DNA of 64,000 nucleotides from a virus (Duplodnaviria; Caudoviricetes): IMG/VR virus record IMGVR_UViG_2891339218_000001, positions 8,933 to 72,932 of that record; one strand, 5' to 3'. Shown piece by piece: positions 1 to 9,064 of this stretch (position 1 is its first letter; each line of letters starts with the position of its first letter). The notes under the pieces were generated by a model. It saw only the letters and a program-made list of their open reading frames with translations, ran no database searches and was not told where the DNA came from. The position numbers and the translations under genes were made by a program.

Positions 1-194
1 CCGGTTTCCGGGTCTTCGATCAGCTGGCCGCGCGCATCGGCGACCTGGCGCTTGATCTCGCCCGTCTTGTCGTCGGCCATCAGGCAATGCATCTGCACCA
101 CGCCGTCGAGCAGGACGGTCACCCGTTGGCCGGCATCGACGGTTCGTTGCCACGCGGCATGGCCGCGCGTGCGCTTTTCGACAGAGATTCGCAT
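1..194 (-). CDS. Hypothetical tail-region protein, partial (runs off window)
   Basis: Read by eye: ATG at 194 preceded by AAGGA; open frame MRISVEKRTRGHAAWQRTVDAGQRVTVLLDGVVQ... to position 1. Confidence 0.6.
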   Translation of the reverse strand, partial: MRISVEKRTRGHAAWQRTVDAGQRVTVLLDGVVQMHCLMADDKTGEIKRQVADARGQLIEDPET

Positions 195-204
195 GTGAGT
201 TCCT

Positions 205-1749
205 TCAGGGGAGCGGAATGCCGAGGACGAACCAGCGGATGCCGACCATGGGCTTTTCATCCATGACGTTGACGATCTCGCCGCCGCCGGCCTCCCTGTA
301 AAAGGTGTAGCGGGGCCGGCCCTTCGCCGTGTAGAACGTCGCTTCCGTCTGGCTATATCTGCAGTAGGAGCCGTCGCCGGAAAGCCCCCCATCGGAAAGG
401 CTGTTCTGGAAGCGGCGGTTGACGCGCGGCGCGCGGATTTCTTCTGTCAGGCCCGAGCCATGCACCGTCATGTATTTGACGTAAGGGAAGAAGCCGGCCG
501 CGTCGTAGGAAACGGTCGTTGCCGTCGGCGCGGCGAGGCTCCCGGTATGGGTCGGAACCGAGAAATATCCATCGGCCAGGATCTGGATGACCGGGCGACG
601 GCTGTCGAGAATGATGTCGCTGAAGCGCGGATTGGAAGCCGCACCGGGCCGCAGGAACTGTGTGACGTTTTCCCCGCCCTCGTCGAACTGCCGGAGCACA
701 TCGTTCGCCCCACTCGACGGCCCGAGAGGGTCGTAGCCATAGACGATGAACCGGGCGCGGCAGGCCTTCTTCGTGTTGTTGAAGCGGATCAGCGAACCAT
801 CGGTCCAGTACTCCACGCCATAGTTCGAATTCCCATCCGACAGCTTCATCGGATAGTGGATCTCGCTCGCCGACGCGTCGTAGCACGACATGTCGATCGC
901 CGTGAGGGCCGGGAGGGTGATGCCGACATTGAACGAAGATGCACCCAGCGGAATCGCGATGTCCGCCGCAGCGATGACGTTGAGCGGGCGACCTGTCGCA
1001 TCGAACGCGAGCTGCGAGGGCGTCGCCACATCGACATCATAGCCGGGCTTCGCCACCTTGCATTGCGTCGACGAAATCAGAACCGTTTCCTTGCCTTCCG
1101 GGTTTGGTGACGGCAGGGCTGGCCCGTCCAGCGCGGTGTTGTTGCCGGGCAGATTGTAGACGATGAGGACGTGGTTGTATCCGGAGTCTTGGTCGTTCGA
1201 GTTGTAAGCGCTGGAACTGAAGGCGATGCCGTAATCGAGGTTCACAGGGGCGCCGCCATCGCTGACCTCCATCCGTCGCGACCAGGTTCCGGTACCACCT
1301 GTACCGTTAAAACCACCCAGAACGCCGGCCGGGCCGTAACTGGCTCCGTACGTTCTCTCCCGCATATTGCGTCCTCGATACCGATCATTGCTGCGCCATA
1401 TCGGGAGAAGGTCAAAGACAGGCATACTATAGCGGACATCGGGATATCGAACGGTGCCCCGCACGTAGTATGTCGATTCCTCAAAGCGATTATCCGAATC
1501 GATACGCATGAGGCCAAAGGTCGATGCAGAGGCGGAGGCCGGGCTTTTCACATAACGCGGGCTCGAACCTCCCCAGACCACGTAAGGACACTCGTCGAGT
1601 TCGGGCGTTGAAAGCTGGTTCGTCCATTTCGAGCTAAAGTAAAACCGTTCCCGCCGCTCATCGCTCGTCGTGATGGGGTCATAAGCGCCCTTCGTGATCT
1701 TCACGCAGGCGACACCAGTGCTGTCCTTGCCGATCAGGACTTCGGTCAT
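205..1749 (-). CDS. Minor tail / tail-tip-associated protein (514 aa)
   Basis: ATGA overlap with the tail-tip gene; recurring CVKITKGAYD / CKVAKPGYD modules; position in tail operon. Confidence 0.7.
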   Translation of the reverse strand: MTEVLIGKDSTGVACVKITKGAYDPITTSDERRERFYFSSKWTNQLSTPELDECPYVVWGGSSPRYVKSPASASASTFGLMRIDSDNRFEESTYYVRGTVRYPDVRYSMPVFDLLPIWRSNDRYRGRNMRERTYGASYGPAGVLGGFNGTGGTGTWSRRMEVSDGGAPVNLDYGIAFSSSAYNSNDQDSGYNHVLIVYNLPGNNTALDGPALPSPNPEGKETVLISSTQCKVAKPGYDVDVATPSQLAFDATGRPLNVIAAADIAIPLGASSFNVGITLPALTAIDMSCYDASASEIHYPMKLSDGNSNYGVEYWTDGSLIRFNNTKKACRARFIVYGYDPLGPSSGANDVLRQFDEGGENVTQFLRPGAASNPRFSDIILDSRRPVIQILADGYFSVPTHTGSLAAPTATTVSYDAAGFFPYVKYMTVHGSGLTEEIRAPRVNRRFQNSLSDGGLSGDGSYCRYSQTEATFYTAKGRPRYTFYREAGGGEIVNVMDEKPMVGIRWFVLGIPLP

Positions 1750-4700
1750 GACGATATCCTGATCGTGCCGGCATTGAGGTCGATCCGCATCTTGCCGTTG
1801 AGGCTTTGCAGCACGCCGGCATTGACCGTCCCGATATTGGCGACGTTCATGATGACCTGGCCGCCGGAAACGACGAATGGCTTGTCTCGGTTGCTTCCGT
1901 TGCGAACAGCGAATTGATCAGCGTCGATGAGGAAGACACTGTCTTGGCTCTCATCGGAGGGAACATCGATATAGAAGCCAGCGCCGCGCTCGACGCCCGA
2001 CGAAGTGTACTTGGCCCGCGCCGCAATCCGAGCATAGCCGCTGGGTCCGGCGATAGTCGTCATGCGGAACCGGGCGCCCGCAGAGTTGCCATTGACTGTC
2101 GCAGAGATGCTGTCCACCAGGTCCGCAGTGGCTTGGATACGTGTGTCAGCTACCGCGACCCACGTTGTCCCATCGTAACGTTTGGCGAGGTTTCCGTTCG
2201 CGATGTCAAACCAAACATCCCCAGCGCGTATAGGGATAGCTGTCGTGCCTGTAGGCTGAGTGGAACTGCGATATATCTTGTTCTTCGCATCAGCCACGGC
2301 GACGACGTTCGTCACGTCGGTACGGATGACGGAGAGCCCCGTAGCCTTGCCCCCGCCCGGTTGCGCATCATCCCATCCAAGTTCGGACTGGATGGACGTG
2401 ATCGCCGCCGCCGAAGAGGAGACGCGCGCGTCGGTGACATCGACCCACCCCGAGCCATTCCACCGTTTTGTCAGGTTGTCGTTTGCCGTGTCGGTCCAAA
2501 GATCGCCGGCCTGCAATGCATATCCACCACTGGGGTTGGCCGGGGCCGTCGGTTGCCTGAACGTCCGGTTCTTCGCGGATGCCATACCAAAGGAAATGGC
2601 AACATCCGCCTTGAGAATGCTTAAGGCCGTCGCCCGCGAGCCGCTTGGCTGACCGTCATCCCAGCCCAGTTCCGCTTTCACTTGCGTGAACGCCGTGCCA
2701 GCCGCGGCGGTCAGCAGTTCGTTGGCGGTAAGCCGGCTGTCGAGACCCTGAACTGCACTCACCTTGGCGAGGTTCGGAAGCTCCGCCTGCGTCTTCGTCA
2801 GCGCGGTGCTGACGACGGAAAGATTGTCGTTCGTCTGCTCGATCAGCGTCGTCAGCGACTGCGACACATCCGCGACGATCTTCTTGTTCTCGATATTCGC
2901 AAGGAACTGCTGGAAGCCCTGCTCCATCAGCTGCGAGGCCATCGGCAACAGTTCATTGCGGATCGACGTCACCGCCTTGCCGAGGCTCGATACGCCGCCA
3001 GCATCCAGTGCCTCGATATCGTTCTCAAGCGCCTGCACACTCTCGATTGAGGCCTTGCCTTCGATCTCCGTTTCCAGACTGCCCAGCACCGCACCAAAAG
3101 CCGTGAGGCCATCTTCGGTGAGCTCGACGCGGGTGTCGATGGCGTTCACCGCTGTCGACAGGGCATTGAGGCCGGTCGTCGGGCTGTTGATCGCCGCCTG
3201 CAAGACGGTGATGTCGCTCGCCTGCGCATCATCGGCCGAGATGCGCGCCGTGCGCTCCGCCAGCAGTTCCGCGCGCGATGCACCCGGCGACGGGCTGCCG
3301 ATGCCGACCCAGTCGATAAGGAAATAGTTGCTGGGCGACTGCGCGGTCGAAAGGTCAATGCGGATGGAATCGATCGTGTTCGACCAGTCCATCTGAAAGG
3401 TGATGACGCCATAGCCGTTCCCATCATAGGACGGTTCGGAAATCGTGGTGCGCCGGCCGCTGTCCCATGTCGTGTCGGTGGTCGTCTTCCACCATGCATA
3501 CCCGACCCATGTCGGCGTTCCGACCTTGCGGACGCGGGCACGCACCTGCCGGTAGGCGGTGGCCTGGATGGCAAGGCCCGTCGGCGAAACCACATAGGGC
3601 GTGCTCGCCTGATCGGCCGGTCGGAGGGCGCCGGAGGCATCGAACGTCGGCGTGCCGTTGCCGGTCCATCCCTCGACGGTCGAAACGAAGTTCCACAGCT
3701 GCGCCGGGTCGAACTGGTTCAGCGTGCCGACCGAAAGCAGCGCGATCTGCTGGGCAAGCGCGGCAAGCCCGTCGACGGATGCCGTCTCGATTTGCCCGAC
3801 AAGCGCCGTCAGCGTCGAATTGCCGGTTTCCAGCCGCGTCAGTCGCTGCACCAGCCCGCTATTGTCGCCGGTCGCGACGACGATGCGCTGGTCGAACTCG
3901 GCATAGACGTCGTTGACACGCGCCGTCAGCAGCGTGCGAAGCTGCTCGACGTGCTGGTAGCCCTCGAAACTGGCATTGGCGAGGAGGTCGCGAACAGCCC
4001 CGACTTCATCGATCAGCGCGCGATAGCGGCCGGCGAGAAGATGCGTCTCGGCAACGCGCTGCTCCTGCTCTTCGAGGATCTGCGTGACGCGGGCGTCCGT
4101 CTCCGCCTCAATCTGGTTTTCCAGATCGTCGATCTCGGCGCCCATGAAGTCTTCGAAGTCTTCGAAGCGCTCGTTCAGCTCCTCCACCATGCCCGGCAGG
4201 TAGACCGGCGCGGTGCTGCCGGAAGTAGTCACCCATGGCGTCCAGGTCTTCAGGCGATCCGGCTGCGTGACGATCGTGGCACGGGCCGAGTATGGCGAGC
4301 CCGGCACGATGTTGGTGCCGGTTTCATCCGTTCCCTCTTCCGGCTGGTCGCAGCGCCATTTCTGGATGGTCTTGCCTGTGGGGTCGACCCCATCGAAATA
4401 CTCGAAGCGCACGGCGACGATCGACGGATCATCCGGCGGCGTCCAGGTGAACTGCAGCGTCGGGTATTCCGTGCCGTCAGGGCCAGTCAGCAGGCCGACG
4501 GCAACGCCAAAGTTCTGCACGGTCGAGAGCAGCGACGGATTGAGCGGAGCCGTCGGCGGAATGACGATCGGGCCGGGCTCGATGTCCTCGTCGTCGTAGA
4601 TATCGGCGCCGGTCTCGGAGAGCTTCAGCGTCACGCAGAAGCGCTCGTCGAGCGACCATTGCGTGATCATCCACGTCTTGCCGCGCCAGGTGATCCACTC

Positions 4701-4940
4701 GCCTTCCTGCACCTTCATGCCGACGCGGCGGCTGACGGGCAGCGTCGCCGTGCCGCCCTTGCGGTTCTGGCGGTAGCGAATGTTCAGAAGATACTGCGCG
4801 ATATCCGGGTCGGTGACCTGCAGGAAGTCGTTGCTTACCTGCCGGGTGCGCCCATCCTCAGCGACATCGAGGTTCACATAGATCGGCTTCAGGCTTTCCG
4901 GGTTCCACATCGCCTCGATCGAGGTGAACTGGCCGGACAT
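1746..4940 (-). CDS. 3' portion of interrupted central tail-tip / host-specificity (gpJ-like) protein
   Basis: 1064-aa ORF with Fn3-like region, long coiled coils and C-terminal 'FAV...PFVVSGGQVIM' segment; becomes in-frame with 23587-24708 when 4949-23618 is removed. Confidence 0.9.
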   Translation of the reverse strand: MSGQFTSIEAMWNPESLKPIYVNLDVAEDGRTRQVSNDFLQVTDPDIAQYLLNIRYRQNRKGGTATLPVSRRVGMKVQEGEWITWRGKTWMITQWSLDERFCVTLKLSETGADIYDDEDIEPGPIVIPPTAPLNPSLLSTVQNFGVAVGLLTGPDGTEYPTLQFTWTPPDDPSIVAVRFEYFDGVDPTGKTIQKWRCDQPEEGTDETGTNIVPGSPYSARATIVTQPDRLKTWTPWVTTSGSTAPVYLPGMVEELNERFEDFEDFMGAEIDDLENQIEAETDARVTQILEEQEQRVAETHLLAGRYRALIDEVGAVRDLLANASFEGYQHVEQLRTLLTARVNDVYAEFDQRIVVATGDNSGLVQRLTRLETGNSTLTALVGQIETASVDGLAALAQQIALLSVGTLNQFDPAQLWNFVSTVEGWTGNGTPTFDASGALRPADQASTPYVVSPTGLAIQATAYRQVRARVRKVGTPTWVGYAWWKTTTDTTWDSGRRTTISEPSYDGNGYGVITFQMDWSNTIDSIRIDLSTAQSPSNYFLIDWVGIGSPSPGASRAELLAERTARISADDAQASDITVLQAAINSPTTGLNALSTAVNAIDTRVELTEDGLTAFGAVLGSLETEIEGKASIESVQALENDIEALDAGGVSSLGKAVTSIRNELLPMASQLMEQGFQQFLANIENKKIVADVSQSLTTLIEQTNDNLSVVSTALTKTQAELPNLAKVSAVQGLDSRLTANELLTAAAGTAFTQVKAELGWDDGQPSGSRATALSILKADVAISFGMASAKNRTFRQPTAPANPSGGYALQAGDLWTDTANDNLTKRWNGSGWVDVTDARVSSSAAAITSIQSELGWDDAQPGGGKATGLSVIRTDVTNVVAVADAKNKIYRSSTQPTGTTAIPIRAGDVWFDIANGNLAKRYDGTTWVAVADTRIQATADLVDSISATVNGNSAGARFRMTTIAGPSGYARIAARAKYTSSGVERGAGFYIDVPSDESQDSVFLIDADQFAVRNGSNRDKPFVVSGGQVIMNVANIGTVNAGVLQSLNGKMRIDLNAGTIRISS
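2136..2672 (-). repeat. Internal tandem duplication (96-aa period) in tail-tip protein
   Basis: ELGWDDGQP...AKNRTFRQ...AGDLWTDTANDNLTKRWNGSGW vs ELGWDDAQP...AKNKIYRS...AGDVWFDIANGNLAKRYDGTTW; 288-nt offset. Confidence 0.9.
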
Positions 4941-4948
4941 GTGGTTGT

Positions 4949-4958
4949 ACCGGTCGAA
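4949..4958. repeat. att core, left junction (ACCGGTCGAA)
   Basis: Identical to 23619-23628; 18 bp from integrase stop codon. Confidence 0.88.
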
Positions 4959-4976
4959 GAATTTTATGCAGCTAAA

Positions 4977-6260
4977 TCAATTTAGTAGCGTCGTTTGCCG
5001 CGTCATTGCCGCGCCGAGATCCGCTGCGATCGCTGCCGAGGCCTGCCGCAGGCGGTCATCTTCCGGGAAAAGATGGCCATAAACGTCGTACGTGATTGTC
5101 ACCGACGAGTGCCCCATGACTGTCTTAAGATTGATCGCAGGGAGGCCGTTTTCAATAAAGAGGCTTGCCGCTGCGTGGCGTAGCGCATGGGGGCTAAATA
5201 ACGGTCGATCGCCAACCATCAGTCCCGCCTTTTTCATCAATGGTGTCCAGAACATTTTGTTCTGGTTGACGGTGATGGGCTTCCCGATTTTGGTGACGAG
5301 AACATGGCCAGAGGGCAGATTCTCCAAGTCCGGCTCTTCATCTTTTCGGAGAAAGGAGCGGAGCTTTGCCTTCCGCAGGGTGATATCGTGGTAGTCGCGG
5401 TTCCACCGTTCGGCGTTTTGCGTTTGCCAGTACCGAATAACCTCCAGCAGTGCAAAGCGGATTGGCGCCGACATCGGGACGTCGCGCACGCCGGCTTGCG
5501 TCTTCGGCTCCTTGAGCCCATCGTGATAGCTCTGGCTATGGCGGATGTGGATCACTTCCTTGTCAAAATCCACGTCCGACCACTGGAGGCCTGCTATCTC
5601 GCCCTTACGTAAACCGCCGAAAGCTCCCAGGCACACGAATACGAGCCTGTTTACCCAAGTCAGCGCCTGCTCGTTTTCGAGGTCCAACGCAGCGCTGATG
5701 AGCGTCTTCAATTCGGCTTTGCTAGGGACATAGACGCGTCGCTTTCCTCCACGAGGTAAAGAGACCGGATCGTCTCTGAGAATGTTCCGCTTGGCCCACT
5801 TCTTCTTGACGGCATACGCCAGCAGCAAATGAAGAACGTCGTGGATCTTCCTAACCGTCGTCTGGGAAAAATCGCCAATCTTCTCATCAATCACTGCCTG
5901 GACGTGATGGGCCTCAAGGTTACACAAGCGCAGTGCGCCGATTGACGCGACGACATGGTTTTCCAGAACATACCGGTATGACGCTAGCGTCTGTCCGGTC
6001 ATGCGGTCGCCAACCTTCCGCCGCCGTTCGCAGTTTCCGAGGAATTCCTCGACCGCCTTTGCGACCGTGACGCTCTCGCTCTTATGGGTGTGAACCCCCG
6101 CCTCTATATCCGCCTCAATACGAATTCGAGCGCGGTCAGCATCCTTCTTGGATTTTTCCGTGAGCATACGGCGCTTGCCGGACTGATCGGTGTAGTCGAC
6201 AACCCAAGCTGTCCGCTCCACCCCCTTGTGTGTCCATACCCGTTTGCGAACTGAAGCCAT
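4977..6260 (-). CDS. int: Tyrosine recombinase/integrase of nested element
   Basis: GLRKGEI (R), KEPKT (K), HALRH, MGHSS..TYDVYGH (H,Y); N-terminal arm-binding-like region. Confidence 0.97.
   Translation of the reverse strand: MASVRKRVWTHKGVERTAWVVDYTDQSGKRRMLTEKSKKDADRARIRIEADIEAGVHTHKSESVTVAKAVEEFLGNCERRRKVGDRMTGQTLASYRYVLENHVVASIGALRLCNLEAHHVQAVIDEKIGDFSQTTVRKIHDVLHLLLAYAVKKKWAKRNILRDDPVSLPRGGKRRVYVPSKAELKTLISAALDLENEQALTWVNRLVFVCLGAFGGLRKGEIAGLQWSDVDFDKEVIHIRHSQSYHDGLKEPKTQAGVRDVPMSAPIRFALLEVIRYWQTQNAERWNRDYHDITLRKAKLRSFLRKDEEPDLENLPSGHVLVTKIGKPITVNQNKMFWTPLMKKAGLMVGDRPLFSPHALRHAAASLFIENGLPAINLKTVMGHSSVTITYDVYGHLFPEDDRLRQASAAIAADLGAAMTRQTTLLN
4995..5016. promoter_or_regulatory. Putative integrase arm-type sites, TTGCCGCG x2 (11-bp period)
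   Basis: ttgccgcgtca/ttgccgcgccg; same motif and spacing as TTGTCGC x3 near the right junction. Confidence 0.6.
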
Positions 6261-6262
6261 GG

Positions 6263-6604
6263 TTACACCTCCTGCTCTGCTTTTCTGACGTTGTTGATGA
6301 TAGCCGGTGCATGCTCGCCGCCCATGGCGGTATAGACCGGGATGGCTTTGTCGAGGATCGGCTTGAGGCCTGCGCGCCAGTAAAGCGACCGCTCCTCACC
6401 ATTGAAGGCATGCTTGGGGAACTCGACACGGCAATAGCCGCGCTTCTCCAGAACGAGCCGGCAGTTCCAGATCTCCATGAAGCCGAGGGATAGGTCGAAG
6501 AACGCTATGCCGATATCGCCATTCTCTCGCTCACGCGGTGCATTGACGATCTCCATGGATGTGATTGTGAAGGTTACACCTTCCGGGAGGGATGCCACTG
6601 GCAT
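6263..6604 (-). CDS. Hypothetical protein, possible SpoVG-like nucleic-acid-binding fold
   Basis: IAFFDLSLGFMEIWNCRLVLEKRGYCRVEFP pattern; AAGGA RBS; abuts int. Confidence 0.5.
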   Translation of the reverse strand: MPVASLPEGVTFTITSMEIVNAPRERENGDIGIAFFDLSLGFMEIWNCRLVLEKRGYCRVEFPKHAFNGEERSLYWRAGLKPILDKAIPVYTAMGGEHAPAIINNVRKAEQEV

Positions 6605-6662
6605 TGAAATATCCTTTCTTTGAGACGATAGGCCCGGCCACGGATGCAGCCGGGCCGGTTGA

Positions 6663-6803
6663 TCAGCTTGCTTTACGCTGACTGTCGGGGTCGCATTGGT
6701 CGATGATCCACAGCGCGCAGTCCCCGAGAAATTCGCTCGCGTAGGCGATGCACTTGGCGGCTTTCAGCAGGAGGATTGCAATCATGAGGGCGATGATCTT
6801 CAT
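6663..6803 (-). CDS. Small hydrophobic protein (46 aa)
   Basis: Read by eye: MKIIALMIAILLLKAAKC...; ATGA overlap with upstream ORF. Confidence 0.5.
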   Translation of the reverse strand: MKIIALMIAILLLKAAKCIAYASEFLGDCALWIIDQCDPDSQRKAS

Positions 6804-7045
6804 GACCGCTCCCCTTCAATTGTCACGTCGTCGGGAAAAGCCGCCAACGCGTCTTCCAGCTTCAATGCGAATGGAACGAGCATGGCGAACATCGCTTGCA
6901 CGCCGTCGATTTGCCCGCGGAGCGCCGGCGGGCCGCAGACCGGCTGAAGGCCGAGCACCATGTCGTTCAGGATGAATAGTCCTGAATTCAGCTGGTTGAG
7001 GCCGGTTTTGACGTCCGCGAGGTCGGTAAGCCTTGCCTCCCTCAT
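6800..7045 (-). CDS. Hypothetical protein (81 aa)
   Basis: ATGA overlaps on both sides, operon context. Confidence 0.65.
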   Translation of the reverse strand: MREARLTDLADVKTGLNQLNSGLFILNDMVLGLQPVCGPPALRGQIDGVQAMFAMLVPFALKLEDALAAFPDDVTIEGERS

Positions 7046-7623
7046 CGCGGCACCAACGTGGTGAAGATGCTGCCGTCTTTGAGAAGGTGATGCCGAGTGC
7101 CGATAATCTCGCTGTAAGGCTCCCGGCGTGTCTTGGCGCGAAGCAGCATCTCAGCCGCCAAGATCGAGCCGGTGCCGTCGTAGAGCGCGTCCGGCTCGTA
7201 AGGGCGCCATTCGTCTTCCGAGCCGCAATAATCCGTCTCGTCGCCGTTCTGGTCGAGTTCATCGTCGTCGTGCGGCTCGTCAAGAATGTCGCCGCCGTCT
7301 TCGTTCTCGACCTCGCATTCGTCTTGGCCCCAGACGCGCGGCCAGTCCTCTTGCGACCGGCAAACGTAGTCGTTCGATGCGCCAAGGGTCGGTTCGTCGT
7401 CGCTGCCGTCCTCGTCGTCTTCGAGCGGGTTAGTGCCTGTGTCCCCGCCTTCGGCATACGACTGGTCGCGCTCGTCACCGTTCGCTTCAAGGTCGGGGTC
7501 GCCCTCGGCCGCGTCGAGCAAGTCGATAAGCCGTTCAATCGACATGGCGATCGCGGCGCGGTTGCCGTGGGGAATGAAAAACAGCGTGCCGTCACGCCTC
7601 TGAATATCAGGGTAGTGTTCCAT
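7042..7623 (-). CDS. Highly acidic protein (193 aa from MEHYPD)
   Basis: D/E-rich centre (EDDEDGSDDEP, DEPHDDDELDQNGDE); first gene after the antisense-RNA leader. Confidence 0.7.
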   Translation of the reverse strand: MEHYPDIQRRDGTLFFIPHGNRAAIAMSIERLIDLLDAAEGDPDLEANGDERDQSYAEGGDTGTNPLEDDEDGSDDEPTLGASNDYVCRSQEDWPRVWGQDECEVENEDGGDILDEPHDDDELDQNGDETDYCGSEDEWRPYEPDALYDGTGSILAAEMLLRAKTRREPYSEIIGTRHHLLKDGSIFTTLVPR

Positions 7624-7631
7624 GGTGGTTC
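7617..7631. promoter_or_regulatory. Possible alphaproteobacterial LexA box GTTC-N7-GTTC over the start codon
   Basis: gttc catggtg gttc; about 2 such matches are expected by chance in 64 kb. Confidence 0.4.
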
Positions 7632-7655
7632 TCTCGGATCGAACCGGCTTCTCAC
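7630..7655 (-). promoter_or_regulatory. Downstream antisense target b2/a2 at the RBS of the acidic-protein gene
   Basis: Transcript GUGAGAA...CCGAGAGA, 6 nt before AUG 7623. Confidence 0.7.
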
Positions 7656-7714
7656 GGCCGGCGGCGTATCGTCTTCTCACAGATCGATCAGCCTATGCCG
7701 GTGACAGACCGGCA

Positions 7715-7795
7715 GCCGGGGGGTGAGAACCAGCCGAGAGACTGGCGCGACGTTTTTAAGGTTTCCCTCTGGACAGAACGGCGCACCCCGGCCAT
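7715..7795 (-). ncRNA. C4/CI-like antisense RNA
   Basis: Closing stem GCCGGGG/CCCCGGC; loops a' UCUCUCGG (7734-7741) and b' GUUCUCAC (7723-7730) are complementary to target pairs upstream (7923-7943) and downstream (7630-7655). Confidence 0.75.
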
Positions 7796-7922
7796 AAAGG
7801 TCGGGTCGCATCCGTGCCGCCAAGCACGCGCGTCGAGGAACTGCGAAGCGCACTCCTCATTCAACCGCCGCCCAACGCCGCCAAGCGTCAGGGCAATTCC
7901 TGCCAAGGAATTGTGTGCGGTC

Positions 7923-7943
7923 TATCTCGGTCCGGGTTCTCAC
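7923..7943 (-). promoter_or_regulatory. Upstream antisense target b1/a1
   Basis: Transcript GUGAGAAC-ccgga-CCGAGAUA; 8/8 and 7/8 complementary to b' and a'. Confidence 0.7.
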
Positions 7944-8066
7944 GCCCACGGACAACTTGCCTGATTTGATACCGACATTCAAGCACACCCTCGCCAAAGG
8001 GTGGATGCTTGCGTTGATTATCGACCTCTGCCACCGTTGCTCGCGAGGGTAGATTCGGAGGGGTGA

Positions 8067-8735
8067 ATGGAAACCTGCGCGGGGTTCTGGGATTTTTGGG
8101 CGGGACTAAATCTATCGTCAGTGCAATGGCTCGAATGGGCAAAAGCAGCTTTCGACCTTCTAAAGGGCATCGCGTGGCCGGCCGCAATTTTTTGGCTCGT
8201 ATTCCTATTTCGAAAGCAGATTCGCGAGCGTATCCCCCATGTCATTGAGGTCGGCCCCACTCGCGCTCTTTTCCAACAACCCCAAGCTCAGCCAATCAAG
8301 GCAAACGCCAGCATTGACGGGTCGCCCGACAGATTGGCTACGGTCGTCGAACTTGAAAAGGATGTTAAAGCGCGCCTCGAAAGGATTGCTCCCGAGTACC
8401 GCGAAGTCGAGCTAGTACGAGCTGTTGCGGAAAGTCGCCTTGTCGCAAACTTTGAGTATATTTTTGCCAGCATTTTTGCTTCCCAAATTGACTTCCTTCT
8501 TGAACTCACGAAAAGCCCACGCGGTGAGGGTGACAGCGAGTTGTATTTCACCCAGAGCGTCCTGTCGAAGGACAGCGAATTTTTTTCTGAAATCGGATTT
8601 GAACGATGGCGAGCATACTTGCTATCTCAAGAACTCGCGGTTTTGCACGAAGAGAAAATAGAAATCACAGACAAAGGAAAAGATTTTCTGTGGTGGGTCG
8701 AGAGGGCGAAACAGGGATTTATTAGACCAGGATGA
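8067..8735 (+). CDS. Membrane-anchored accessory protein with C-terminal winged-helix-like domain
   Basis: GGAGG RBS; TM IAWPAAIFWLVFLF; C-terminal ...IEITDKGKDFL; AT-richer than flanks. Confidence 0.75.
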   Translation: METCAGFWDFWAGLNLSSVQWLEWAKAAFDLLKGIAWPAAIFWLVFLFRKQIRERIPHVIEVGPTRALFQQPQAQPIKANASIDGSPDRLATVVELEKDVKARLERIAPEYREVELVRAVAESRLVANFEYIFASIFASQIDFLLELTKSPRGEGDSELYFTQSVLSKDSEFFSEIGFERWRAYLLSQELAVLHEEKIEITDKGKDFLWWVERAKQGFIRPG

Positions 8736-9064
8736 TCAAATCGATTCTGCTGCCCCTAACTCTCCTAGTCGGGCTTATTGCAACGGGCTTTGTTTGGCTA
8801 GGAGGCGTCCGTATCATTGTCATCCAACCCATCGGCGCGTTGCCCGACGGGGTGACGGCGATTGTCGCAGGCCTCAGCAGCGTAAACCTGCTCGATAGCC
8901 CCGACGCAATCTGCAACCGACATGAGGGAGGCGTCAGCCTACTCTGCCGGGGTCGTGAAGCTGCAGCCATCGCCGAAAAAGGAAGGATTCTTCTGCGCCT
9001 TCCGTACAGCGAGACGCTTTTTCGAATGACTGGTGCGCCCAGCGGCAAAGGACGAAGAGTATGA
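8732..9064 (+). CDS. Membrane/exported hypothetical protein (110 aa)
   Basis: N-terminal hydrophobic segment; ATGA overlaps. Confidence 0.7.
   Translation: MIKSILLPLTLLVGLIATGFVWLGGVRIIVIQPIGALPDGVTAIVAGLSSVNLLDSPDAICNRHEGGVSLLCRGREAAAIAEKGRILLRLPYSETLFRMTGAPSGKGRRV

Noticed and set aside
2136-2672. Possible diversity-generating retroelement TR/VR pair in tail gene (also the two Dit copies)
   Set aside because: Differences are not adenine-specific and there is no reverse transcriptase in the window
7688-7906. 72-aa ORF over the antisense RNA leader (Ash-like?)
   Set aside because: No convincing RBS; the sequence is explained by RNA structure, so it was not called as a CDS
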